64,000 bases of DNA from Bugula neritina. Its lineage: Eukaryota > Animalia > Bryozoa. This document shows, piece after piece, positions 51,263 to 64,000 of this stretch (position 1 is the stretch's first letter; each line of letters starts with the position of its first letter). The translations under genes were made by a program, and so were the position numbers. The notes under the pieces were generated by a model. That model saw nothing but the letters and a program-made list of their open reading frames with translations, did not search any database and had not been told where the DNA came from. Where the stretch lies: assembly GCA_964035545.1 (NCBI GenBank), contig OZ037766.1:26254343-26318342 (forward strand). Reading direction: 5' to 3'.

Positions 51263-52662
51263 TCCAAAAGGATAGGAATCTTATCAATCTACTAGTTTAT
51301 TTTTCAACTGTATCATCATACACCTGCTGAAGAACTCCAAGTCTATATTTTCAGTATTTTCTCAAAAAATTAAATGTGCAATTATTTTATTATGAGCACA
51401 TGTTCAAAATGGAATATCAAAGAGCTGTTGTTTTGCATATTATGTATAAAGATGGTTTTACCAGAAGCTGTTTTATCATGGACTAGGCACACACCACCTG
51501 GCAATGTGGCAACTATTGGTTTCACACCACCATAAATGAGAAAGTAGACGTCATACTCTACACTATTTGGTAATCTACCAGATCAGATGCTGTAAGAGCG
51601 AGTAGTTCTACATTACTTTGTGACTAGCTCTTATGTTTCAATGTATTCTATTATCCTGTTTTATGACCTCTCCTTTAGACCTATTACTTTCTTTTAATTT
51701 TTGTTATAGATTGACATATAATGATATCGAATATGTATATAAGGGTTATTGATGTTCTGCAAAGGCTTTTGCAACTTCTCCTTTTACAGCTGTTGTATAT
51801 ATGAAATAAAAATATTTATTCAACAAAATTTTTATGGCAGTTCATTTCTCATTGCTCTTTTGAATTTTTGTTTTTCACCAATTAGATAAAATTGCAAGTA
51901 ATAGAAACTTGAGAATGTATTTCATACTATTTTGGTTCTAACACTAAATTTACTAGCGTGTTTTAGTGACAGATCACATTGTATACTAGATAGTAGTCAC
52001 TGCACAAACTGCTAATAAAGCACAATACCGCGATTCCTATTTAGTACAATCAACTCAAATATAAGGATTGTAAGAATTTTTAATTATTATAAGAGTTTGG
52101 TCTCATTGTTCTAAACTCTAAAGTCTACAATTAGTGTATGCAAGGTCAAAGGTGAAACTGAAAAGATAAAAAGCAGTCTGATATTTTATTTGGGTTCCAG
52201 ATGACTGCTTTTGATGAGTACAGTATTAAAATTACACACGACTACTGAAGGGAGCTAGGCTGGCTTTAGACAACATACATGCTTGGTGCGAGACAACAGC
52301 TAACAAAAAAAGGCTCAAAGGGCACATGTCATACATATTGCGATTGACACAAAACTCTGTTTAAATTATGATGAAAGCACGTCCGATCAATGTGACTATA
52401 CCGCTACCCAAAGTGACTGAAAAAGATGAAAGTCAAATAACCCCTTTAGCATAGCATTGAGTGTTTGTCTAATCCTGTTGCCTCCTTAGTAATATGCTAT
52501 TTTATAACTTCAAGCAAATCTCTCATTTTCCCCATGAAGCAATTTTACAGGATGGCAATATTCATGTGTAAAGTAATGTTCAATGTACAAGTTCACAGTG
52601 TCGCATCTTTGTATTTACATCTGCATGTAAACAAGAAGTCTTCAAGTAAATAGGGGTTCTGC

Positions 52663-55600
52663 TCACACGCCCAGCTTTCCTTTCTTACCCCGTTTACCTA
52701 AAAATACACAAAGTATATAAGGCTACATTTTTTATTAAGGTAAAATTTTGCTACAGTTTTAGAATGCACGCACTCAGAAAGACTAAGCAAATCTCTGGTG
52801 ACAAGTTGACTTGTCCATGTTGAAAAACACATTACTTTTTGCACATATCACTTGGTGGAAGCTTTCACTGCATCAATACCAGGATTTTAAATTATTTTTA
52901 GCTTCGGCATTTAGTAGATAATAATCATTACAACAAAAACAATGGCAAGAAAATCTTTTACAAAAAACCTATTTTTGAAATAAACTCTTTTATCAATAAT
53001 CTATACTAAACTAAAAACAAACATTAGAGTTTTAGCTTAGTACACCATAGATTGAAAGAGCTAGAATTGTTAGTACTGCACTAGTTTCCAAAACACATTT
53101 CATAAGACAGTCTTACATAACTTGAAATATTGCTGTCTTGGGTGTCTAGTCACATAATGAATGACTTAGTTCAAGTGTGACCTTATTAAATAATTACCAA
53201 TCTTACATAATGGCAATAATGATAACCAAAGTTAAATAATATATGACAATAATATAATTACATGTTATGGGTTACATGTTGAAGCTGCCGTACTCACTTA
53301 TAGCCAGTGAACTGCAAGTTTTGGGCTATCAACTACATATTTTGGCATTAATATGTTATGTATTCTATAAATAACTGACAATTCTACAAAAATAGACGGG
53401 AAAGGGGGTGTGTGTGTACATACCAGGCTCGGCTACGTATTCTGTGTCATCAACTTCGCCAACCTCCTCCACTGGTTTGCCAGTTCGTAGTAAGGCTAGA
53501 GATATTTCATTCTGCTTTTCAAAATAGTTCAACAGTTCTTCTTTTTCTGTAAGTTCCTTAATCTTTTCATCCAATAGTTGTTGCTTGCCTTTGAGAGAGA
53601 AGGCCCGCTCTTGTAGTTTAATATTTTGCTACAGAATAAAGAACTTCTTCTAATAATCAAGCCCATGTCACATGGTATTATATAATACAAATTTCAGTAA
53701 TATTAGAGTAAAAATATACAGTTTATCCTAAATGCCAAAAAATGTGTTTCAAATAAAAAAATTACTCTTAATTTGAAAGGCTGAAACAGTTTATTAGTAT
53801 TCTAACGATAAAGCTAATACCGAAAAGGAAAAATTGGCAGTTCAATAAATTTTTTTAGCCGCTTGGACAATTTAAAAACCAATCTCTTTGGGTGAAATTT
53901 TACAGCAAATAAGGGGCCATATAACAAAGTCAGAACACCCCCTCCACCCTTTTGTCTAAACAAAACCTCAAATACGGTTCAAGTTATCCAACCTTTCTGA
54001 TTTCTGACCAGGTATTCAGCTGATCTCTGTATGCTTGAATGTCTCCTTGCAGACTGTCTTGCAGTCCTTTAGTAACTAACTCTTGTGTATCTGATAATAA
54101 GTTCACATCTATTAAAGGAGTTTCATCCAGTCTAACTTTCATCTCCTACACAAAATAACCGCTATGTAACCCAACATGTGAAACACGTAGACTGCATTGG
54201 CAGTGAATACCAAAAATATGTTTATGCCTAAATAAATGTATTAAATACTATTTTAAAGCTATAGCTCTCATATTGCTAGGATTTTAAAGTCACTTAGCAT
54301 TAATTCAAGCCATCCATTCATCTTAATTGTCACAAGTCATAATAACGATAGAACCGCATGTCATAATCTTCGTAAGAACCTCAAACCATGCTGATAACGA
54401 GACTTGGGGGATTTCAAAGTAACGCAAGAGCTATTATGATGGGAGACCTTTCCATCACCTATGACGCTGTGGGGATTAGTAGCCATGGTAACCTGTAAAT
54501 ACTAACCTGGGCCATGATTGCCTCCTGATAATAATAAAAATAACCTAATCTTTTAAATCTAAATACCTAGACTAAATGTCAAACCAAATAATGGAAAAAA
54601 ATCTGTGAATGAACAACTCTTGATTATCTCTCACTCAAAAACTCACACAAGTTTATAGTCACCACCCCTGTGAGAACCCCTGATGAAAAGGGATTTTTAA
54701 AGCAGGCTAAGGAATTATTCATATGTGGCACAGGAGCAATTATGACTGAATGCTCTTCCCAACATCACCAGTGGCCTCTAGGCCGGGTTTACTAAGCAAA
54801 TACTTTAACCCCTAGATGACAGCTGCTCCCTCCTAATCATCTCTCACTACTTTGGTCATTTAAAAATCTACAACAGCTTGAGAATAATGTGTTCGTAAAA
54901 TGGCGAAAAAATGTAAGGGCTAATTTAGAAATGTTTTAATATGACAGAACTATTCAAATAAACGAAGCTGTGGGACATACTTGATACTTGGCGATATAAA
55001 ACTCTTTTTCCTCCAGCGAGTGTCTAGCATTATATTCCGAGTCCTCCTTCAGTTCACTGCCAGGCTCTCTGACTATAGTCTCAGTCTTGAATCTGCATGC
55101 GGCTAGACTCAGTTCTATTACGCTAAGCTACAAAAACACGGGCAGGCTACATTCAGCGAGGCTGGGTATTAGTGCTGGTGATGGGCAGGCAGCATCCAAT
55201 GTACCTTGATTCTCTAACTTCTCAGTCACTAGATAACTTCATTTTAATTTAAAGTTTCAAACTTATAGCTTGATTTCAACAACCACCCGTTCACATTCTA
55301 GCTAACAACTTAGCTTTTATTTCATATTTCAATGTCCAATTTCTGTTTTAGTTATCGATGAACTGCTCAAAATGATCGGACATAATGTGAGTAGAGAAAA
55401 TGCATTACTCACCACTGCTCTATAAAATTGCTGGCAGTTTTCAGGATTTTCTATATATGCTTCTAAAAGACCAAACAGCTTATCAAAGTCTTCGTGTAAA
55501 GCAAGTCCTATGAGGAGATAACTCTGATGTATAGGACAACCAGGGCCATGTCTTCCAATCAAATCTATAGAACAGTTGTAAGTAATGGGATGGCATCCAA

Positions 55601-58600
55601 GTTACGTATAGTACACAGATTATTCTATAAGCAGCTTTGAGTTGGGGGTGACTGAGTGCAGTAGTTTGGGGTTATGCAAGTTTGGAGTTGGGGACCCCTA
55701 AACTACTGCATTCAGTCACCCCCACCTCAGAGCTGCTTTTAGAACAATTCATTGTACACTCAACACAACAGGGCTTAGCTACATCATATCAATGTTGAGG
55801 TAAAGTGAAAACATATAACATCACATTCTTCAAAAGTGTAAAATATGTTAAGAGATCGTGGGGGCAACATACCCAGTGTTCTGCCAAACAAACGCTTTTC
55901 ATCTGTGATATCAAAATGATCATCAAAGTTGTGCATGGGTATAAACCTCTGGACCTGTAACAAAGCAAAGCAAACTGCAGCTGAATCACTTCCTTATTTC
56001 ACTCCTAATACCCACTTTCACTGCTGCTGACATGATGACCTTCTCAAAATAACTTTTGCAGGATCAGGGATAACAAACTGACCCATATACATAAGCAATG
56101 GTTTTCCTCATCAGAAAATAATTCCAGAGAAAACAACTCTACTCATCATACCAACAGCTGATTTACATCTTGAATAAATATGTAAATAACGGACAAATGG
56201 AACTAATAAATATTCAAACATGATTATAAATCTCATTTGCATAAATCTTGTGTAAATCCTTTATGATTAAATTTAACTATGATAGCACCTACCACATAAT
56301 CGTCTTCGTCGTCGTCTAACTGAGGTTTGTTGTCGTCTGTGAATGCAGCCAATAAGCTTTCTTTGTTCTCCTCCAAGTACTTGGAGCAGGCGTAGAGGGA
56401 AAGAAGGCGACCAGCATTGTGGGTCATGTCATCTTGCAGCATCATCTCAATAGAGATCTTAACGGCACCTGTGCGTAGAGTATACAACGTATACTATGAT
56501 ACAGTAACAGAGTATACAGTGTATACCATGATATAGTAATAGAGTATACAATGTATACTATGATACAGTAACAGAGTATATAGCATATATCATAATGTAG
56601 CAACATAGTATACAATGTATATCTTGATATATTATTTTATATGGAAAGAAATAATAAAATGGGGAAGCAAATTATGCTAAACTATTGTCTTCCCCTGTCT
56701 TACTATCATTATTTCACTAAAGGCTATTAACTGAAGCAAAGAATTATTTACGCATAAAGCTACTGTTTTATAAACCTAATAGAAGTTTAAACTTCAAGTC
56801 TGCATGAAGTAGAATGTGATTGTGTGAAAATTGGAATAGCTTTTTAACTTAATTTATAAAACGTTATAATTCTACAAATACATTAGGCTATGTATTAATA
56901 TTTCGATTCTAAATGTCACTGAAACCAACATGTATCTGGTTTGAAGCTTTATATTATCTGCCATTGCAGTGATTTCATCGCAATCATCATAATTTTCAAT
57001 CACATTAAAGCTCATGCATTCCATAGCATTAGAGATTTAAAATATCAAAATAATCAACCTTGCAATTTATTACTACATAATTTTGCAGTTATTTACATGC
57101 TGAATCTGGGAGACGTATATTAAACTGTGTAGGTGCTAGAGAAAGAGGGAGATATATAGAATATGTACTTGCATACAATATCTGCAACACGAAGGAATTG
57201 TCACTGCTATATCATTATATCAAATAAATAAACATATCATCATTAAAACATACTCTCTAAATCTCCCTTCTCAATAAAATGGTCTAATAGTAGGCAAAAA
57301 GATGTGTCATCAGGAAAGATCCCGTAATTCAGCTGCAAAATAAACCATAAATGAATAATTAGTTCACATAAAACATGACAAAGCTCAATAATAATAACAA
57401 ACAAAAAATCTAGTAGTTTAAATTTCGAACTAAAGAAAACTTGGATGCTATCTAAGGTGCAATATAATACAGAAAATATAATAGCTACTAGTTATTTATT
57501 CACTAGTTGAGACATTAATTGTATTGGAGCGCAATGGGGCATTAAACAACACCAAGTCTCCGTACTTCTAAGAGGTGAGTATATAAGGTAACACAGTAAT
57601 AATATCACATGAATTACATATATATAAGACCTTGATTTGTTTACTATATGCAAAAATAGGAGCTGCACATGAATGAGTAGGGTGACAACTCCTAACACTG
57701 TGTAAGTATGAGATATATTGCATAAAAAGCAGGTTAAAAGTTTATAATTAAATGTTGTATATAGAAGCATCTTTAGCTGTATTAAAGTATATTCAATTTA
57801 TTTTTCAACACGGTATAATATTATTATGAAACTAAAAGCCAGTAAAAAAAGGGCTGTTCACCCACCAAACATCACATTAGACAGGCCCCCCCTCCCCACT
57901 CTTACCTTGTCCTGTAAAATTGGTAAAAGCCTTTCAGCTTGATTTAGCTGCAGATATCCTCTTATTACACCATGTGACATGGATTCTATCGCCGATACCC
58001 CTTGCGAACACTTTCTGAACCTTGAATACAATAAAAATGTTGCATATATATTTACGCACACACACGCATGGATACACACATGCATGCACACACACACATG
58101 CACACATAATAGCGCTAGAAAAAGTGTCATACTTCTGCAGCAATGTCTCGACCAGGTAGAGTTGAGTGGCGTGCACATCTGCAATCTTGCTTGAGAACTA
58201 AAATGTAAAAATAAAAGCCTAAAATAAAACTGAACAAGATGTATTGTTTATGCAGGACAGGAAAACCATCATTACTGCATTACATAATGCGTGTGGGTAG
58301 TCGTATTTATGTATTTATTCAAACATATATGTTGAAGAAGCCTGGAAGTTCAAACAGACATTCAAAGTTACAAACGCTAGTCTTGGGTTAAAGATCAAAG
58401 CATCTCTCACAAACCAAAATTATATTAAAAAAACAAATACAAAATTTGAGAACGTACAGCTTCCATGTCAACCGCAGTGGCTGCTCCATTCTTCTCAAAT
58501 TGAATGAACAGTTGTGACATGAGCACGTCTGTGTTAATCTTCGACAACACTGGTTCAGACAGTCGACTTTCCCACTCCTTATTACAGGAGAATGCTGGCG

Positions 58601-59317
58601 ACAGCAAACATCTCTTCTGTATGACTACAAGGTAAATTTCACAAAACTAAATTTCAAAAAACTGGGGAATTTACGCTATAAAAAGTATGAATTAGTTATG
58701 AAAATGCGATGTGTTGCTACTAAAAACACTTCTGTTGAGATTCTTGCAAACAGAAAAAAAGCAAATGACTGTAGGTCAATTAAACTAAAAGTTTGCAGCA
58801 ACTACATTATTCGTATTGAATTTAATATTTTTAATATTAAAGACAAATTTTGTATAATAAAAATTATAATATTAATAATCTGATTATGATAATCATAATG
58901 CAATTGATAATCATCACTGTGCCAACATAATTTAAATTATAGTACCTATTATTTATGAGTTCTTAAAATTGTCCACAGCTTTTATTTCATGAGAACCTTT
59001 TATTGTAAATGTTTCATAGTCATAGTGGTCTGTGCCGAGTGTGCAAAGAAGCAAATTGAAATTGAAATTTTACAAGTGCATTTTGAATTAGACACTATGC
59101 CCAAAATCAGCTATAAATATATTGTCAATATTTAGATTTATGGCCTAGAGCACAAAAATTACTAGGCCCGCGCTCTAGTTGCTAAAGTACAACTATTACC
59201 AAAAGTAAAATTAAAATTTAAACTAGACTAACCTTTAGCGACCTTCCACAAGTTGGAGTTAGGACAACTCAAATCTTTCATTTTAGAAAAGACATGTCTT
59301 GAAATTGTAGCAGCCAT
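52663..59317 (-). CDS. MRPS27: Mitochondrial ribosomal protein mS27 (PPR protein), multi-exon
   Basis: Exon 1 59317-59233 (MAATISRHVFSK, transit-peptide-like); RCLLSPAFSCNKEWESRL; KFRKCS...HGVIRGYL; ILQDK|LNYGIFPDDTSFCLLLDHFI; last exon GKRGKKGKLGV*. Confidence 0.88.
55611..55757. mobile_element. Short hairpin/MITE-like inverted repeat; related partial copy near 41250-41320
   Basis: AAGCAGCTTTGAGTTGGGGGTGACTGAGTGCAGTAGTTTGGGG pairs with CCCCTAAACTACTGCATTCAGTCACCCCCACCTCAGAGCTGCTT. Confidence 0.7.
56478..56625. repeat. Short 32-bp degenerate minisatellite next to an MRPS27 acceptor
   Basis: GAGTATACAATGTATACTATGATACAGTAACA-like unit, 4-5 copies. Confidence 0.8.
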
Positions 59318-60470
59318 TTTTATTAACACAAACTAATAAAAAATATATTATTCTAAAACAAATTATTTGTTATTTGATATTCGGTAATAGTAAAAATTGA
59401 ATTTTATTTACTGATTGAGCATTGCTAATGCTAAACGTGAAAATTTTCTTTTGACGGAAACGATTACGAGAAGTTAATTAGTTTGCCTCACTAAAATAAT
59501 GCGTTTAGCCTACTCTTCTGGCAAACTGTTCAAAAATAGTCTTATTACCTGACTCATTCGAGTGAAGCTGAGCGTGTATTTCAAGATCCAAGTCTAATAA
59601 AAAGTTGGTATTGTAACAAAATGAATACACCTTACTCGCTAGTTTTCAAGTTGTTTCTCAGGCAACCAAGCATTTCAATGAGACTAAATCGACTGAGCAC
59701 GCTCAATTTGAGCTTCTACAATTTTGCTTATAAACTAGTAAAAAGAGCATGTAATTTAAGCAGCTCACTAATCTATGACTAATGTAAATCTTTAAACAGT
59801 AAAATTAAAATAAAATTTTGCTAATATATTGCTTATTTGTCTTAAGCCTAGCCATTACATTTACTATAACTATAAGTATAAGTATAACTCTTAGTCTTAG
59901 TCTTACAGTTACTATTACTATTAGTATTAAATAGTATTAGACTTAGTATTAGCATTACTGTAACTTTAAATCATAAGTGTATTACTATTACTATAAGTAT
60001 AACTATAAGTATAAGACTAAGAGTAATTATTACTATTGCTACTACTACTAGTACTAGTACTTATACTACGGGTGCACACTTTAACTTTTAAATTTTAAGA
60101 CAGGGTGATAGTCAATTTCATACTCATAGTCATGGTGATACTGATAGACTAAAAGTAAGAGTGAATAGTTATCATTATTGCTGTTACTATTATCACTAGT
60201 AATGGGCAAAAAAGGGATATTTAACATCAACATGAAGTTGAACGTTAAATGATAAGCTTTAAAGTTGATAAATGTAAACCTATATTTTAATTTTCATCAG
60301 TAATTTCATAACCAATAGGCAATGAAGTTCAAACAGACATTTAAAAAAGCCCATTACTATTATGGTTTAATGTTAATAACTATGGATGCTGAAATTTTTA
60401 TATATGTAAACTATTAGTAATAGTGTAGTAGTTTTGTGGATATAATGCAATTAAGTGGGGAGCATAACTC

Positions 60471-60809
60471 TGTAATATAAGAAAAAAGATGGGTTGTCCG
60501 TGTTGAGAAGAATAATCTTTATTATCAGGTATAAGAGTGTATATGTGTGTGTGTGTCTTGATCCGGCGAGCTCCAGTGGTAGACCGATCTACTCTGTGAG
60601 CTCGCCTTCTTATATACTGAAAAAAGTCCCTCCGAGAAACTTCTGCCGATTGCGTTCGAAAATCGGGGTTCTCCTGAAGATGTCGGAATCACCGAAATGT
60701 CTGATCGCATTCGATTGAGTCTGATCGAATCCGACAACCGAATGCCCCGAACCCAGTCGAAGATCCTGACATCCTCACACTTCCGATTCTCGGCCGAGAT
60801 CGGCTTACA
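60471..60809 (-). mobile_element. Solo-LTR-like element (339 bp)
   Basis: TGTAA...TTACA termini; CpG-rich body in an AT-rich context; TATATAAG followed by AATAAA on the - strand; no TSD found. Confidence 0.6.
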
Positions 60810-61214
60810 TGATTGCACAAAAATTATTATATTAAATGGAAAATTGGAAATACAAATTTAAATAATTGTACGCTAAGTTTCACCACAATAGTACACATAT
60901 ATAAAAATTTTAGCATTAATAGTATTACTAATAGCTATGACCATAGTGATAATGATTAAATTTAACTCAATTTTTTTAGTCTATCTTGATAAAACTATGT
61001 TACTATACTAGAAAGTGCCTTTCACTTAAATTATGCTAGTAATTTTTTATTTATATTGTGAAATGAGCAATAAAAGGATTTCATTTGTTACAGTAGCATG
61101 TATATTGTATTAATATATTGATATTCTTTTTAAAAGCACCAATGGTAACTGTGACCTTTCACTCAATGTTAGCTCTTCTTTATTACTTGTAGTCAGCGTA
61201 AGTAATACACAAAA

Positions 61215-63916
61215 ATGTCAGCTGATATCATTGAAGCACTAAAGAGAAACCCAGTTGCCAATATTTTAAGGCAGATAGAGCAAAATACAAGATCAGAAAA
61301 GACAGCTGTGCTTTATGAAAGTCGAAAAGAACGTGGAGCACACAAAGTATGTTTTTTGCTATTTGTTTAATTTCTGTTCAATTTAAAGTTGGGGTTGGAA
61401 ATTTAGAGCAAATAATGTAATGCAGTTGATTAGATTCAAAATGATAAAAAGTATTTCAATGTGTTGGTTATCTCATTATAACATTGCTAGGTATTGTTAT
61501 TTGCTTCTGCTGGAACTTACAATATATGTTTAATAAAGAAACCAGTTATATATATTTTTTAAAATTCATTTTTAAATGTATAAATGATTTTCAACTTTTG
61601 TATTACACAATTAATTTTCATTTTTTAGGTTCAAGTAAAGATCCGCGCATTAGTGTATGCGATAACAGACATTGACAATGAGAAGCAAGAGTTTACAGCT
61701 AACTTATCAGTTAGAGCTCGGTGGAAAGAACCACTGTTGCAAGGTAACACTACTGCTTGGTAACATCATACATTTATGATTTGAGAATTGTGGCTTCATA
61801 AATCATGAAAGATGGCATTGCATTCTACTCATTCTAGAAGATAGACTATGATTTACTGTTTGTGAGAAAATGACTCCCAAAATTAAATCTGCTACAGATT
61901 TAATTTGTAATGCATGGTCAAATTAGTATCCAAAGCATTCAATCTAAAGCTGATTTTTATCAATATAGTGATTTGTGTATGGAAACTGGTTTTGTATTAC
62001 ATCTACTAAAAGTAATTTCTTACTATTGAAACTAAATACAAAAGGTGTAATTTATTATGAGTGGATCGTTAATACTGCTGAGCATCACTAGAGAATGCTA
62101 AAGTACACTTACTACGTCTTGTGTAAAGAAATTGTTTATAGTCAAAAGATTATTTTCTATTTTAAATTATTGTCTTTGCATTGCCATGTTTCTATTTATT
62201 TCCCACATCACAAAAGGTCTCACAAGTAAATCTGACATTGACTGGGACGATCAATGGAACCCCCGTATTGAGCTGGAGAATGCTGTGAGCATAAGAAACT
62301 TTGACAGGAAGTATGAGATTTGTTACTTTCACACTGACCTGGGAGATAACATTCCTCACGTCTGCTTAAGTAAGTCTGCATAATAACCAAAGTTATTTCC
62401 TGTTCTATGAACAGCACTGGCGAGTGTTTTATTCTTTGTGAAAGTTTATTTTTGTGTACTTATATGGCCTGATGTTTACCTCTTTGCTCTCTGTTAATAA
62501 TGCACTTTCCAACACATGTTTATATGCAGCTAGCATTATAAAGTTTTATGCACTGTAAACCCATGTTTTTCATTAAAAAAAAAATTAGCATAATGTTATA
62601 TAATATAACGCAAATCAATAAGATTTTAAAATGCAATTATGTTTTTTGAAATTGTTTGCTAAACTAACGCCATGTTGCTTTCAACAAGTTCTGAATCTTC
62701 TGCTGTACACAAATTGAGCATATATATATAGTATAAATACACATATTATTGTATTTGTTGGTATGGGATACATTCAATGTCTATAAATCTTTACACGGAA
62801 GTTATGCAAACCTGTATGTGAACAGTAAATTTGAACAGTAACTGTCTAATAACCTTATTTTTTATGACTAAAGTATTTTAGAGAGTAGTATTTTATGAAT
62901 CTGGACACATTTTTTATGTTTGGCTCTTTTCAGATAATCTAATTTTTTTATTACAGCTATGAACATATCAGCCACATTCAAGGAGATGTTTGAGCTTGAT
63001 GAGTTTCCATTGGACTACCAGGCACTGAATATTTGGTTGATCTCTGAGTGGTCGTACAGCGAGTTGGATCTTGTGAAAGATGACGAGTACATGGATAGAC
63101 TTGCCGTCAACACATTTACTGGTGAGCTGTAGAAACAACATTATATTGCAGATTGTTGGTTACTCTCTGCAGCAATTTGGTGGTGTTCAATGTTCAACTT
63201 TTTTGGTTGAATTCTAATTAGGTAATTTGCTTATTGATTGTTGAACATATGTGAGTAATTTAATGATTTAGCCTATCTTGGTTTTTAGAAATTTCAAAAA
63301 TATTAAACTGAATTCCAGTTAATGTAATATATGTAACATATTTTAGATTGTATAGTGCCCTATATCTTCTTTTTTGGAGGTTTCATGGCATTAAAGTATC
63401 AGATTGCATGCTTGAATTTTTGTAATAGTATTAGTTTTGTCTGAGAAAACTCATAGTACAAAGTGTTATCAATTTTCAGCACATTCTTCAATGGAATGTT
63501 ATTGGTTTCTAATCAAAGCTTAGTTGCATGTATGGAATAACTTCTTTTAAGTTAGTAGCTTAAATTTACTCTTTATAATTGTCTTAATTATATTATTCTG
63601 CAGTACTTTTATTATCTCTATATGATATTATGTTTATTATACAAAAATATGTGGAACAGACAGTCATAGGCATTTGCAATAAATAATTTCTAGCTAAACT
63701 AATTGTCAGGGTCTCAATTTACACATAATATAACTGGAAATCATTTTAGAATCGAAGGAGTGGTTTCTCTACCCACAGCTGATTGGGGAACCAGTTGGAG
63801 AGGAAGAGGAAATAGATGAGGTTTCTGGGTCAACTTCTCAATACCCACTTTACACAATAACAGCTCAAGTAAAGAGAATACATCAGTTCTACATGTGGAA
63901 TCATGTTCTCTATATG
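61215..63916 (+). CDS. Cys-less (Pro-loop) pentameric ligand-gated ion channel subunit, 5' part; exons 61215-61346, 61629-61743, 62217-about 62369, 62957-63121, 63750-63916
   Basis: VQVKIRALVYAITDIDNEKQEFTANLSVRARWKEPLL; WNPRIELEN; loop ATFKEMFELDEFPLDYQALNI without cysteines; pre-M1 QVKRIHQFYMWNHV. Confidence 0.88.
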
Positions 63917-64000
63917 GTAAGTTACTATTTGTTTAGCAATTGATATTCACTATTAAAACAATGCTAATGCTCTGCTAAACATTTGTGGTAAAAAGAGTAC

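Noticed and set aside
60525-60818. 97-aa ORF on the - strand
   Set aside because: Falls within the LTR-like element and has no recognisable domain.

Overview
AT-rich, intron-rich invertebrate animal DNA; I cannot fix the taxon from the sequence. Left to right: (1) the 5' part of a secreted thrombospondin type-1 (TSP1) repeat gene on the minus strand. (2) A tandem cluster at about 7.0-23.5 kb of six intact paralogous three-exon genes, plus a possible decayed seventh, which the ORF track mostly misses because they are spliced. They encode 105-122 aa proteins without a signal peptide that carry two H-x4-C-x-Y-x(15-19)-C-x-C modules, with all 8 His/Cys invariant. Their C-termini differ: CaaX boxes CILL, CIIS and CEIM, PDZ-ligand-like SFV and DFV, or none. 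Each gene has a TATA promoter with clustered Rel/NF-kB-like (or NFAT-like) sites, one of them always exactly 10 nt upstream of the TATA box. I recognise no family for these proteins, and this cluster is the best candidate for an undescribed, probably immune- or stress-inducible, system. (3) A recently inserted BEL/Pao LTR retrotransposon with apparently identical 451-bp LTRs, an ATATT target-site duplication (TSD) and a deleted integrase core. (4) Orphan duplicated kB-rich promoter blocks. (5) Conserved genes STXBP4 (-), UBL3 (+) and MRPS27 (-), and the 5' part of a Cys-less (Pro-loop) pentameric ligand-gated ion channel (+). Introns and intergenic DNA hold a minimal hammerhead ribozyme, a fold-back MITE, a solo-LTR-like element, a tRNA-derived fragment and several minisatellites. 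All gene models were spliced and translated by hand; no database searches were run.
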